Below, piece after piece: positions 29,860-40,396 of a stretch of 64,000 nucleotides of DNA. Numbering within the stretch: the first letter of the stretch is position 1; every line of letters starts with the position of its first letter. Source of the stretch: Bdellovibrionota bacterium (GTDB lineage: Bacteria; Bdellovibrionota_C; UBA2361; CALJRW01); contig JBGSMD010000016.1 of assembly GCA_041740355.1 (NCBI GenBank), positions 64,001-128,000 of the forward strand, in the 5' to 3' direction. The notes below the pieces were generated by a model. That model did not search any database. It was not told where the DNA came from and was given only the letters and a program-made list of their open reading frames with translations. The position numbers and the translations under genes were made by a program.

Positions 29860-30739
29860 TTCCAGAAGCTGAGGTCAACTTTAAATTATAATGATAAGAA
29901 CAGTTTTTACTACAAGTCTGAAATTTGTCTGTTGGATAACAATGTTCGCAGATCCTAGCCACTGCGGAACACTCCATACAATTAATAACTAACCGTCCAG
30001 GGTTACCACAGTGTGGGCAAAGATGTACATTAGAACTTGGCTCTAATTCTTGATTAAGTGCCACGCGATGATCAAAAACAAAGCAATCTCCTTCAAATTT
30101 TTGGTTAGGATATTCCTCTAGATACTTTAGGATTCCACCTTCCAATTGATATACATTCTGATAGCCCTGTGATTGCATTTCATAAATTGCTTTTTCACAA
30201 CGAATACCACCAGTACAAAACATCAAAACTTTTTTTTCTTTGGGAATTTCTGACTTACGGACATAATCTGGGAAGTGACTAAACATTTTCAGCTTTGGAT
30301 CTATTGCCCCCTGAAATGTTCCTAACTCTACTTCATAATCATTGCGGGTATCAATTAATACACAATCTTCGGTATCCAAGATGTTATTCCATTCGGTTGG
30401 AGTTAGGTGATTATTATTTGTCGCGGCAAAGTAATCTTCATTTTTTATTGTCACAATTTCCGGACGAATCTTCACCTTGAATCTTTTAAAAGGTTTTTTT
30501 GCAGATTTACTGTGTTTAAAAATAATACCTGAGAACTCCGGCAAAGCTAGCAACTGCTCTTTGAATTTTTCGAGCATGTGAGGCTCTGCCGACATTGTTG
30601 CATTTATTCCTTCTGGGCCAAGAATCACCAAGCCATAAAGCTTATTTTCTTCCGCCCATTGCTTTAATATTACTTGAACTTGTTCAACTCGCTCAGGGGC
30701 TAGGCGAATAAATTTATAAAATGCGATAACTGAATACAC
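29849..30739 (-). CDS. trhO: tRNA uridine(34) hydroxylase (YceA rhodanese family)
   Basis: FYKF, EGINAT, DTRNDYE..GTF, FCTGGIRCEKA, LEGGILKY, CFVFDHRV, Cys-rich tail. Confidence 0.9.
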   Translation of the reverse strand: MYSVIAFYKFIRLAPERVEQVQVILKQWAEENKLYGLVILGPEGINATMSAEPHMLEKFKEQLLALPEFSGIIFKHSKSAKKPFKRFKVKIRPEIVTIKNEDYFAATNNNHLTPTEWNNILDTEDCVLIDTRNDYEVELGTFQGAIDPKLKMFSHFPDYVRKSEIPKEKKVLMFCTGGIRCEKAIYEMQSQGYQNVYQLEGGILKYLEEYPNQKFEGDCFVFDHRVALNQELEPSSNVHLCPHCGNPGRLVINCMECSAVARICEHCYPTDKFQTCSKNCSYHYNLKLTSASGTSQ

Positions 30740-30839
30740 GTAAATTATCTCTGACTAGACTATTAATTTATGAACATTTTAGTAAAAATTACTTGCTTAG
30801 TAAAGCATCCAGTAATCTACAAAAGGTCAATCAAATCTC

Positions 30840-32324
30840 TTATGGAATCTGCCAATCGGCCGTCAAGGGGTCTGTTCCTGTTTGTATTTCTTTAAAATCA
30901 GAAATTCCATCACTGTCTGTGTCAAATTTTAGTGGATCTAAACCTAAAGTAATCTCTAGGCCATCATTCACGCCATCACCATCACTATCACTTGTTTGCG
31001 AATTACTACCTACAGCGATTTCATAGTGATCAGCAACTCCATCTTGATCACTATCAAGAGGTTTACTAGCAGAATCCAGTGGATTAGATTCGCTTAGGTC
31101 CTCTAGGCCATCCTTGATCCCATCAGAGTCGGAATCTGCAAGGCCCGGATTTGTGCCGATATTTAATTCTAATTGATTACTTAAACCATCTAAATCATTA
31201 TCTACATTAGCAAAACGATCGCTTAACTTTGATTGTGCTAGTGGAGGGATGCTTCGATAATCTTCAGAATTAGTTCCTAAATAATTTTCTAGTTGATCGG
31301 AATAACCATCTTGATCTATGTCAGAAAAGCTACCAGAACTATCAGAACAGGCAGGATCTTCTTTATTACCGATCCAGTTGCAATCACTAGAGTTACTTTC
31401 CTTTAGATTGTTCGTACCAATACTCTTATTATTTTGTTGATTTTCTAGGGCAATTAATCCCTCTAATATATCTTGCCCGAGATTTGTAGTTGGTGAATCC
31501 GAAATAGTTCGGCTAGCAGCAGAAAGCAGAGACCCTGGTTCTCGGATTGTTGCCGTAAATACATTCTCTGTACCAAGTGTTACTGTTTGGGTTTCATCTT
31601 CAGAAAGAGTTAAGATCACTGTTTCATTATCATCATCTAAGGTATCAGTTAACGCACTTAAAGTTACATTCGCTTCTACATTACCAGCTTCAAAAAAAAC
31701 AACAGTGTCATCTAAATCGTAGTCATTCCGACGAGCAGTCCCCGAGGTTGTGAAAGCAAATTCAGCATCTTCATCCAATGCTTCGGAGAGAACAGCAACA
31801 ATCACTAGATCATTACCTTCCTCAATATTACCTTCACTGGGATTAAAAGTAATCTCCGGTAATACCGTGTCACTTTCCTCTTCAGAAATTGTAACTGTAT
31901 GAATTTTTCTTGTACCCAAACTTGCACCAGTAGGTGTGCCCAAAGTAATTACTAGGGTTTCATCATCTTCTGTTAGATCATCACCAACAACCGTAACTGT
32001 AATTGTTGCTGAAGTTGACCCTGCCGTAATTGATAATGGAGTAGCAGTGATAGTGAAATCACTATCCTCGGTGGCAGTTCCACTAAGAGTATAAGGGATC
32101 GTTACGTCTTCTTCGGCCGCTTCCGAAAGGGTAACATTAATATTTGAAGTGCCACTCTCATTAAGAATGGAGGAAGCTACGCTTACAAAATTAATTGTTG
32201 GGCCATCAGTAGTAGTTACTGTGGATTGCGCTGCAAAACTATGACTTTCTTGGCAGGCATCCGAACCCAAAAGGAATGGGAGGATGAAGATTAGTAAAAT
32301 AAATTTTAAATTAATTTTAAACAT
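30840..32324 (-). CDS. Secreted Ca-binding surface protein: two Calx-beta-like domains plus DxDxDG repeats
   Basis: Signal peptide; GTATEDSDF..DDLTEDDETLVITL Calx-beta; repeated DSDxDGxxDxxE..GTNP. Confidence 0.82.
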   Translation of the reverse strand: MFKINLKFILLIFILPFLLGSDACQESHSFAAQSTVTTTDGPTINFVSVASSILNESGTSNINVTLSEAAEEDVTIPYTLSGTATEDSDFTITATPLSITAGSTSATITVTVVGDDLTEDDETLVITLGTPTGASLGTRKIHTVTISEEESDTVLPEITFNPSEGNIEEGNDLVIVAVLSEALDEDAEFAFTTSGTARRNDYDLDDTVVFFEAGNVEANVTLSALTDTLDDDNETVILTLSEDETQTVTLGTENVFTATIREPGSLLSAASRTISDSPTTNLGQDILEGLIALENQQNNKSIGTNNLKESNSSDCNWIGNKEDPACSDSSGSFSDIDQDGYSDQLENYLGTNSEDYRSIPPLAQSKLSDRFANVDNDLDGLSNQLELNIGTNPGLADSDSDGIKDGLEDLSESNPLDSASKPLDSDQDGVADHYEIAVGSNSQTSDSDGDGVNDGLEITLGLDPLKFDTDSDGISDFKEIQTGTDPLTADWQIP

Positions 32325-32463
32325 ATTTTTAAAATAGATTAGGACACAATTTAATTACCATAATAGCTGTTGGAACAAATTGCTATTTGTATAAACTAAC
32401 AACATTAAATACTAGGCGACATTGAATCTTTGCCATAATAAAATCTAGGTACCTAGTATATCA

Positions 32464-33690
32464 TTAGTTCACTATAGTTTTAGTTTGTCTTTGTAACAAG
32501 TCTTTACTAAGAAAATAAAGCAAGATGACGGAGATACAAAACTGCGGCATACGTATTAATGTTTGCCCACTTTGAGTGGACCACTTAATACTAAAATTAC
32601 TAATATTCCACGTTGTATAACGTGCCAATAAATTTCCATGTGTATTTAAAAATGAATACTCTATTAAGTAGGTGATACTGACAATTCCCAACCAAAAATA
32701 GCAAATTATTAGTAAATCACGACTAGCTACTGCCATAATTACAACTAGTAAGGGCAAAAACCAATACGCATATTGAGGACCATACCCAGTACCAAAATTG
32801 GTGAGAATCAAAAGAATCATTCCTGTGTAGAGATATAGCTTTTCTGGTTGGATCTTCTTGGAACGAGCAAAGTAATAACTTGCGGAAACGGAGGACAAAA
32901 CCAAAGCTCCTAAGAAAAAAGAGGTATATATTGGCAAATATCTTTTCAAGTCAAATAAAAAGAGAAGCCCAGTTACTCCATAATAACCTGGGGTCGAGCG
33001 ATATCTAAGTATGTTGTCAACCGTTGCTTGGGGTGAAAGATGATAAAGATAAGAGATACTTAAAAATGTTGGCAATACAAGTAAGAGTCCACCTATAAAA
33101 ATCGTTCTCAATTTTAGATGTGAGATTGAAGATAATAAAAGCGGAACTAGGATAATCGGAATTGTCTTAGTTAAAATTCCCAGTCCTAAGAAAGCACAAG
33201 ATTTTAACCAGTCATTAGGCTTAAGTGTCGATTGAAAACTGACCAAAAAACTTAAACTTAAAAAAATAAATAATCCTACTAGGACATCAAAATTACAATG
33301 AATGGTGACTAAAATAAGTGGTACGGGACAAAGAATATAAACTAGGAATAAATTAATTATTGATTCTTTGCCAAATTTTTTAACTAAAAATTTATATGAA
33401 ATTATTATTAAAAGTGCTTCAATTAGAACCAGAAAAAAACGAATTAAAAAGACAAAATCTATTTTAAATAATGAGGAAACAAAATTTAAACTGACTAAGA
33501 TCCCTAGCCAAAGGGGGGGCCAGTTTAGGAATGGAGTACTCGCATAGGGATTCTCGCCCCGAGTCCATGCCTTGATCACTTCTATCCAAAATACATGATC
33601 CGTGCATAAAATTTCATTAAAAAACACTACTAAGGCAGCAGTTCTTGTAAATAAATATAGGGATAACAATAAATTGGAATTCTTAAGCAT
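32464..33690 (-). CDS. Polytopic GT-C glycosyltransferase (GT87/PIG-M-like)
   Basis: ENPY..FLNWPP, HCNFD, LGLGILTKTIP, PQYAYWFLPL, many TM segments. Confidence 0.75.
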   Translation of the reverse strand: MLKNSNLLLSLYLFTRTAALVVFFNEILCTDHVFWIEVIKAWTRGENPYASTPFLNWPPLWLGILVSLNFVSSLFKIDFVFLIRFFLVLIEALLIIISYKFLVKKFGKESIINLFLVYILCPVPLILVTIHCNFDVLVGLFIFLSLSFLVSFQSTLKPNDWLKSCAFLGLGILTKTIPIILVPLLLSSISHLKLRTIFIGGLLLVLPTFLSISYLYHLSPQATVDNILRYRSTPGYYGVTGLLFLFDLKRYLPIYTSFFLGALVLSSVSASYYFARSKKIQPEKLYLYTGMILLILTNFGTGYGPQYAYWFLPLLVVIMAVASRDLLIICYFWLGIVSITYLIEYSFLNTHGNLLARYTTWNISNFSIKWSTQSGQTLIRMPQFCISVILLYFLSKDLLQRQTKTIVN

Positions 33691-33935
33691 ATTTCTTGGA
33701 AGGAGGAGAACTGAGGTTAATGTAATTCAACAACTGAGGTTGGTAAATATAGGATAACTAATTTTGAAAGTTAAATTAATTTATCCTAGTATCTTCTATA
33801 ATACTTAATTCTTGAATTTCTCTTGATAATTCAACTATCTAAGACCTTTACAGTCCTAAAATAGAAGTATAATATAAACTAAGCTTATTAAGTTAAGAAA
33901 AACTAAAAAAATCATTTAAATAATTAATACCAATT

Positions 33936-34550
33936 ATGGCTCACGAACTTCCAAATTTACCTTACGATTATAATGCTCTCGAACCGCATATCGATGAACA
34001 AACTATGCGTTTACATCATGACATTCACCACTTGGGTTATGTTAATGGTTTAAATAAAGCAGAATTAGAACTTGCAAAAGCTCGTGAAACTAATGATTTT
34101 GCACTAGTTAAGCATTGGGAAAGAGAATTAGCATTTCATGGTGCTGGTCATTTTTTACACTGTATTTTCTGGGAAAATATGGCACCAAATGCTGGTGGTC
34201 ATGCAACAGGCAAACTAGCTGAAGCAATCGACAAAAAATTTGGTAGCTTTGATAAATTTATCTCCCAGTTTAAGGCTGCCGGAACTGCTGTTGAAGGTTC
34301 AGGCTGGGTCCTTTTAACACACAATGGGATGACATCTGAACTTGAAATCCTGACGGCAGAAAAACATCAAGATTTAGCTCAGTGGGTATCCTATCCATTG
34401 TTAGCTTGTGATGTTTGGGAACATGCCTACTACTTAAAGTATCAGAATAAACGCGCAGCTTATCTGGAAGGCTTTGTTAATGTTATTAACTGGGCGGATG
34501 TTTCTAAGCGTTTTGAAAAATGTGCTAGCAAATCTGCTTGCTGTAAATAA
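33936..34550 (+). CDS. sod: Fe/Mn superoxide dismutase
   Basis: LPYDYNALEPHI, HHDIHH, GSGW, DVWEHAYY. Confidence 0.96.
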   Translation: MAHELPNLPYDYNALEPHIDEQTMRLHHDIHHLGYVNGLNKAELELAKARETNDFALVKHWERELAFHGAGHFLHCIFWENMAPNAGGHATGKLAEAIDKKFGSFDKFISQFKAAGTAVEGSGWVLLTHNGMTSELEILTAEKHQDLAQWVSYPLLACDVWEHAYYLKYQNKRAAYLEGFVNVINWADVSKRFEKCASKSACCK

Positions 34551-34555
34551 TACTT

Positions 34556-34589
34556 TTAGGATGAAGTTCGCTATTGAACTTCATCCTAA
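34556..34589 (+). terminator. Perfect 14-bp hairpin after sod
   Basis: TTAGGATGAAGTTC-gctatt-GAACTTCATCCTAA. Confidence 0.65.
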
Positions 34590-34633
34590 TTCGTCACCAC
34601 GAGATCCTTTTTGTACATCACTTAATAGCTATA

Positions 34634-37264
34634 ATGTCTTTACCAAATAAATTCGAACCAAAAGTTTCTGAAAAATTAATCCAGGATATTTGGGAAACAA
34701 ATGAAACATACAAATGGGATGCCAACTCACAAACAGAGCCATTCATTGTAGACACTCCCCCTCCAACTGTTTCCGGCTCCTTACATTTGGGACACGTATT
34801 TAGCTACACTCAAACGGATATAGTAACCCGCTTTCAACGAATGATCGGCAAAAATGTTTTCTATCCTATGGGCTGGGACGATAATGGACTTCCCACTGAA
34901 CGGCGCGTCCAGAATTTTTTTGGTATTAAGTGTAACCCCAATGTTAAAGATCAAGAAAGCTTTCAGTTAAATTATAATTTCGATCCCAAGAAAGATCAGA
35001 TTCTGGAAGTTTCCAGAAAAGATTTTATTGCTGCTTGTGTAGAATTAACAACTAAAGATGAAGTTGCTTATGAAGCAATGTGGCGTCGCCTGGGTCTTTC
35101 CGTTGACTGGAATGAAACCTACTCGACAATCAATGCCCACTCCCAGAAAATTTCTCAGTTATCATTTTTAGATTTAGCTACTAAAAATCAAGTTTACAAT
35201 CTAGAATCTCCGACTATGTGGGATGTTGATTTTCAATCAGCAATTGCCCAAGCTGAGCTTGAAGATCGCGAAAGACCCGGAGCTTTTCATGATCTGAAAT
35301 TTCAAATGGAAAGTGGTGAAGAATTTATTATTGCAACAACACGTCCAGAATTACTCCCTGCTTGTATCGCGGTAGTTGCCCATCCAAGTGATGAGCGTTA
35401 TCAGAAGTTCTTTGGTAAAACTGCAATCACGCCACTTTTCCACGCACCTGTACCAGTCCTTGCATCAGAACATGCCGAGCCGGAAAAAGGCAGCGGGATG
35501 ATGATGATTTGTACTTTTGGTGATATTAATGACGTTCAGTGGTGGAAACAATCTGGCTTGCCAATCAAACAAGTAATCAACTTACAAGGGATTATCCGTC
35601 CAATAACTTTTGGAGAAGACGCTTTTCTTAGTCAAAATCCAGATTTAGCGAATAAAAACTATCAACAGTTAACAGGACTTTACTTAAAACAAGCTCAGAA
35701 AAAAATAGTTGAACTTTTAGCTTCTCCAGAATCGTCAGTAGATGGGAAGTCTGCTGCTTTAGTTGGAGAGCCAAAGACTATTACCCACTCGGTTAAATTC
35801 TATGAAAAAGGTGATCGACCACTGGAGTTTATTCCAACTAGACAATGGTTTATTAAGACCTTGGATCATAAAGAAGCCTTATTAGAACAAGGAATGAAAA
35901 TTAATTGGCATCCCGAGCACATGCGGGTTCGCTATGAAAATTGGGTTAAAGGATTAAACCAAGACTGGTGTGTTAGCCGTCAAAGATATTTTGGAGTTCC
36001 CTTCCCTGTTTGGTATCCAATCAACGCGCTTGGCGAAGTCAATTACCTGACTCCAATTTATGCTGAGATTAAAGATCTGCCAGTAGATCCAATGAGTCAA
36101 GTGCCTCCTGGTTATCTTGAATCTCAACGCGGACAAGCAAGTGGATTTGTAGGAGATCCAGATGTTATGGATACTTGGGCAACTTCATCGATGACACCAC
36201 AACTTGCCAGCCATTGGGGTACAGACGAAAAACGACATAAAAAATTATTTCCAGCCAACATTCGTCCACAGGCTCATGAAATTATCAGGACTTGGGCTTT
36301 CTATACGATCGTAAAATCTTGGCAGCATTCTGGAGAGATTCCTTGGAAAGATATTTTAATCAGTGGTTGGGTTCTAGATCCTGAGCGCAAGAAAATGAGC
36401 AAATCCAAAGGAAATGTAATAACACCAGAAACTTTATTTGATGAATATTCACCAGATGCTATTCGTTACTGGACTGCGAAAGCTCGACTGGGCGCAGATA
36501 CTGCTATTGAAGAAGCTGTTTTCAAAATGGGAGGAAAACTTTGTACTAAAATCTTCAATGCTTCCAAGTTTGTTTTAATGCAGTTTGAAAGAATTGGATT
36601 AAACATCAAAGATTACAATCTAAGTGATGTAAATTGCGAACTAGATCGTGCTTTAATTGCCAATTTACAGTCAGTGATTACTGAGAGTTCGAAGTCATTA
36701 GAAAATTTTGAGTACACAACTGCTCTAAAGTTAATCGAAGATGCCTTTTGGGATTTCTGTGATAACTACTTGGAATTAGTGAAAGTTAGATCTTACCAAG
36801 ATGAGGACAACGCGGAAAGAAAATCAGCAATGGCAGCACTGGCTTGGAGTCTGAAAACATTCTTAAAATTATTCGCTCCGTATGTACCATATGTAACGGA
36901 AGAAGTTTGGCAGGAGAGTTTTAAAGATGCTTCTCACCCAGCAATTCATAAATCTTCTTGGCCAACGGTTGACGAAGCCAATACTGTCTTAAAACCTAGT
37001 TACGCCATGGCCTACACCTCAGCTACAGAAGTAATTAGTAAAGTTCGTGGTGTCAAAACAGCTTCACAGAAAAGTCTAAAATGGGAAATTGCTGAATTAA
37101 ATATTTCATGTTCAATAGAAGCCAAGCAAGCATTAGAATCGGTAATTAATGACCTAAGACAAGCTGCCAATGTAAAAGATCAGGGTTTGATTTTTAGTCC
37201 TAGTAGTAACCAAGCGGGCAACTTAGAAATTACTGTAATCTTATCCGAAAGTTGGGGCCAATAA
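34634..37264 (+). CDS. valS: Valine--tRNA ligase, archaeal-like type 2
   Basis: DTPPPTVSGSLHLGHVFSY, GWDDNGLPTE, ATTRPE, DWCVSRQR, RPQAHEIIRTW, KMSKS; ATG at 34634 preferred over the upstream TTG. Confidence 0.95.
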   Translation: MSLPNKFEPKVSEKLIQDIWETNETYKWDANSQTEPFIVDTPPPTVSGSLHLGHVFSYTQTDIVTRFQRMIGKNVFYPMGWDDNGLPTERRVQNFFGIKCNPNVKDQESFQLNYNFDPKKDQILEVSRKDFIAACVELTTKDEVAYEAMWRRLGLSVDWNETYSTINAHSQKISQLSFLDLATKNQVYNLESPTMWDVDFQSAIAQAELEDRERPGAFHDLKFQMESGEEFIIATTRPELLPACIAVVAHPSDERYQKFFGKTAITPLFHAPVPVLASEHAEPEKGSGMMMICTFGDINDVQWWKQSGLPIKQVINLQGIIRPITFGEDAFLSQNPDLANKNYQQLTGLYLKQAQKKIVELLASPESSVDGKSAALVGEPKTITHSVKFYEKGDRPLEFIPTRQWFIKTLDHKEALLEQGMKINWHPEHMRVRYENWVKGLNQDWCVSRQRYFGVPFPVWYPINALGEVNYLTPIYAEIKDLPVDPMSQVPPGYLESQRGQASGFVGDPDVMDTWATSSMTPQLASHWGTDEKRHKKLFPANIRPQAHEIIRTWAFYTIVKSWQHSGEIPWKDILISGWVLDPERKKMSKSKGNVITPETLFDEYSPDAIRYWTAKARLGADTAIEEAVFKMGGKLCTKIFNASKFVLMQFERIGLNIKDYNLSDVNCELDRALIANLQSVITESSKSLENFEYTTALKLIEDAFWDFCDNYLELVKVRSYQDEDNAERKSAMAALAWSLKTFLKLFAPYVPYVTEEVWQESFKDASHPAIHKSSWPTVDEANTVLKPSYAMAYTSATEVISKVRGVKTASQKSLKWEIAELNISCSIEAKQALESVINDLRQAANVKDQGLIFSPSSNQAGNLEITVILSESWGQ

Positions 37265-38832
37265 TGACTGACCAAAGAATTCTGCTTGGTTGTAATACTG
37301 AAGGGCAACAGGTTTTCCTTAATTGCAAAATGGCGAATCGCCATGGATTAATTGCCGGTGCTACGGGGACTGGTAAAACTGTTACGTTGCAAGTTTTAGC
37401 AGAGGCATTTTCGGCCCTTGGTGTTCCAGTATTTACTGCTGACGTAAAAGGAGATTTGTCAGGCCTAGCTAAATCGGGAACTCTTAGTAACAAAATTCAA
37501 GAAAGAATTGAACAAATCAAATTAGAAAATTTTCAATTGCAATCCTCCCCCGTTATTTTTTGGGACTTATTTCAAAAGAATGGTCATCCCGTAAGAACTA
37601 CGATTTCGGAGTTGGGCCCATCACTCCTAGCTAGATTAATGGACTTAAATGATACCCAAGAAGGTATTCTTCAAATTGCTTTTAAGTACGCGGATGATCA
37701 AAATTTATTATTACTGGACTTAAAAGATCTGCAAGAATTATTAAGATGGCTTGCCGAGCATAGTGATGAAATTAAACTTAACTATGGCAATGTTCATCCA
37801 ACTTCAGTTGCCGCTATTCAAAGAGACCTGCTAGTTTTAGAACAAAATGGAGCGGTTAATTTTTTTGCTGAACCGGCATTAGATATTAAAGACTTATTGC
37901 GAAAAGATTTATCAGGTAAAGGAATTATCAACATCCTCGATGCCACAACCTTACTTCATGACGGACGGCTCTATTCAACTTTCTTGTTATGGTTATTATC
38001 TGAACTTTTTGAACACCTGCCCGAAATTGGAGATCAAGATCTACCAAAACTTGTCTTCTTCTTTGACGAAGCTCATTTGCTTTTTAATTCTGCACCAAAA
38101 GCTCTGCTAGAAAAGATTGAATTAGTAGTACGTTTAATTAGATCTAAAGGTGTTGGGATATATTTCATTACCCAAAACCCTAAAGATTTACCGGAAATGA
38201 TCTTAGCTCAACTTGGCAATCGTTTTCAGCATGCCTTGCGCGCCTATACTCCTGCGGAGCAAAAAGGGATTAGAGTAGCTGCGGAATCCTTTAGAGCAAA
38301 TCCAAAGTTTGAGACAGAAACTGCTATTACGAATTTACAAATTGGACAGGCACTTGTCTCCGTCTTAGATTTGCAAGGCGCGCCAACGATTGTAGAAAAG
38401 ACTTTAATCTGCCCTCCCAAGTCAAGACTAGGTACCATATCTCCAGAAGAGCGTGCCGAGCAGATAATGGCCTCCCCTTTTGTTGATAAATATTTAAAGA
38501 CCGAAGATCGCGAGTCAGCCTACGAAATCTTACGCGGCAAAATGGAAGAGATCGCAATTACTAAACCAGATCAGACTAAGGGACGCCCTAAAGATAGCAT
38601 TCTGGCTTCAAGTGGAAAATCATTTGTTCGCTCCATGGCTTCTACAATTGGACGAATTTTAGTTGGACTATTTGCTGGACTTCTTCTAAGTAAAGGAACA
38701 ACAAGTAAGAAAAAAACGACTTCAATTTCTGAACAAGTTACTCGCTCTGTTGGTACTAGTATTAAGCGAACTATTAGTAATCAAATTGGAAATCAAATTA
38801 GTCGAGGGATCCTCGGCTCGATTCTCAAATAA
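37264..38832 (+). CDS. HerA-like ATPase (DUF853/YjgR family)
   Basis: NRHGLIAGATGTGKT, DVKGDLSG, FFFDEAHLLF, LGNRFQHALRAYTP; TAATG overlap with valS. Confidence 0.92.
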   Translation: MTDQRILLGCNTEGQQVFLNCKMANRHGLIAGATGTGKTVTLQVLAEAFSALGVPVFTADVKGDLSGLAKSGTLSNKIQERIEQIKLENFQLQSSPVIFWDLFQKNGHPVRTTISELGPSLLARLMDLNDTQEGILQIAFKYADDQNLLLLDLKDLQELLRWLAEHSDEIKLNYGNVHPTSVAAIQRDLLVLEQNGAVNFFAEPALDIKDLLRKDLSGKGIINILDATTLLHDGRLYSTFLLWLLSELFEHLPEIGDQDLPKLVFFFDEAHLLFNSAPKALLEKIELVVRLIRSKGVGIYFITQNPKDLPEMILAQLGNRFQHALRAYTPAEQKGIRVAAESFRANPKFETETAITNLQIGQALVSVLDLQGAPTIVEKTLICPPKSRLGTISPEERAEQIMASPFVDKYLKTEDRESAYEILRGKMEEIAITKPDQTKGRPKDSILASSGKSFVRSMASTIGRILVGLFAGLLLSKGTTSKKKTTSISEQVTRSVGTSIKRTISNQIGNQISRGILGSILK

Positions 38833-38853
38833 TTATTTGTTTTAAAGATTGAA

Positions 38854-39546
38854 TTGAAGATCTTATTAACCAACGATGATGGTTTTGACTCCGAGGGATT
38901 AAACGCCCTCCGTCAATTAATGAGTAGTTACGGACAGCTCACTATTTGCGCCCCTAAACTTCCTCACTCTTATGCTGGTCATCGCGTAACACCGGACCGA
39001 CCACTAGAGCTAACCAAGTATCATCAACAAGAAGATTTTTTTCATTTATCAGGTACTCCAGCAGATTGTTCGCGCATTGCCCTAACTCAAATTTGTCCTG
39101 ATGTTGATTGGGTAATTTCAGGTATTAATCATGGGGCGAACCTCGGTGTTGATGTTTACACCTCTGGTACAGTAGCTGCAGCTAGAGAAGCCTCGATCCT
39201 AGGTTACCAATCTATTGCCATTTCTCATTACATATTAAAAGGTAAAATTATTGACTGGAATCTAGCAACTTCTCGCCTAAAAGTAGCGCTTGATGAGATT
39301 TTCCAAAAACATAAAGCAAACAGTGGATATTGGAATATCAATTTACCTCATCCCAATAATCTGGAACTTTGCGAGTTCAAAATTTGTGAATTAGATCCCA
39401 GTCCATTACAAGTTAAATATCTAAAGTCGAATAATTCTTTTCATTACAATGGAGAGTTTGCCTTACGACCTAAAACTCCGGAAAAAGATGTTGACGAGTG
39501 CCTAGTTCAGGAAAAGATAACTGGAACCCTCTTAACTATCGTCTAA
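38854..39546 (+). CDS. surE: 5'/3'-nucleotidase SurE
   Basis: ILLTNDDG, GTPADC, SGINHGANLG..YTSGTVAAAREA. Confidence 0.95.
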   Translation: MKILLTNDDGFDSEGLNALRQLMSSYGQLTICAPKLPHSYAGHRVTPDRPLELTKYHQQEDFFHLSGTPADCSRIALTQICPDVDWVISGINHGANLGVDVYTSGTVAAAREASILGYQSIAISHYILKGKIIDWNLATSRLKVALDEIFQKHKANSGYWNINLPHPNNLELCEFKICELDPSPLQVKYLKSNNSFHYNGEFALRPKTPEKDVDECLVQEKITGTLLTIV

Positions 39547-39576
39547 TGATTGAAAGCAGCTACTTAAATTATCAAG

Positions 39577-39631
39577 TATAGTAAGTCCAAAAAGTAATTT
39601 CCGTAGGGAATTACTTTTTGTCATAACTAGA
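39577..39631 (+). repeat. TATAG-family element, minimal form (left end + loop + right end)
   Basis: TATAGTAAGTCCAAAAAGTAATTT-ccgtaggg-AATTACTTTTTGTCATAACTAGA. Confidence 0.85.
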
Positions 39632-39635
39632 TACC

Positions 39636-40292
39636 TCAGGCAGACATACGCCCATCTTCAGCAAAACTATAAAAGCCTGTCTGAGCAAAGATGATATGAT
39701 CTAATAATTTGATTCCTAGTAAAGCTGCTGCTTCCTGTAATCTTTTGGTTACTTTTAAATCTTCGGGACTGGGCTGTAAATTACCAGAAGGATGATTATG
39801 TGCCACAATTAATGAGCAAGCTCGATCTACTAAAGGATCGGCAAAAACTTCACGAGGATGAACTTGAGTACAATTAACTAGTCCAATTGAAACCACTCGA
39901 ATCTCAATAATTTCATTTGCTCCGTTTAGACTGATACTTATAAAGTGTTCTTGTTTTTTATCAACGTAAATCATCAAATAAGGAATTAGATCACTAGCAG
40001 ACGATATTTTTTTGCCAAATTTGAGGGAATGCCTACGCCCTAATTCTAAAGATGCCATTAACTGACAAGCTTTAACTTTACTTATCTGGGTAATCGGTCG
40101 CAAATCTTCCAAGGATAGATCCTTATTCTTAAGTTTGATAATTGCTAAGATTTTTATAGCAACATCGCTAGACAATATTTGGCTTTTCCCTCCACCAATA
40201 ATCATCGAAATTAACTCTAGGTCACTTAGACTGTCTCCTCCATAATTAAGTAATTTTTCTCTGGTCAGCATAAATTGAGATTGATCGATCAA
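39636..40292 (-). CDS. radC: RadC/JAB-domain protein
   Basis: REKLLNYG..LSDLELI, QEHF, VHPREVF, AHNHPSG..PSPED, LLDHII. Confidence 0.93.
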   Translation of the reverse strand: MIDQSQFMLTREKLLNYGGDSLSDLELISMIIGGGKSQILSSDVAIKILAIIKLKNKDLSLEDLRPITQISKVKACQLMASLELGRRHSLKFGKKISSASDLIPYLMIYVDKKQEHFISISLNGANEIIEIRVVSIGLVNCTQVHPREVFADPLVDRACSLIVAHNHPSGNLQPSPEDLKVTKRLQEAAALLGIKLLDHIIFAQTGFYSFAEDGRMSA

Positions 40293-40396
40293 AAACCATA
40301 AAGGTTGCTTAAAATTATCATACCGGGCAAAATTTTGTTTACCATTATCTAAAAGTCGCTTAGAATTATTGAACTAATTAGTATCAAATTTTGAAG

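Noticed and set aside
37264-40292. HerA-like ATPase plus radC as a defence island or ICE
   Set aside because: DUF853/YjgR is a common housekeeping-context ATPase coupled here to valS, radC is the full-length chromosomal type, and there is no nuclease, integrase or conjugation gene.
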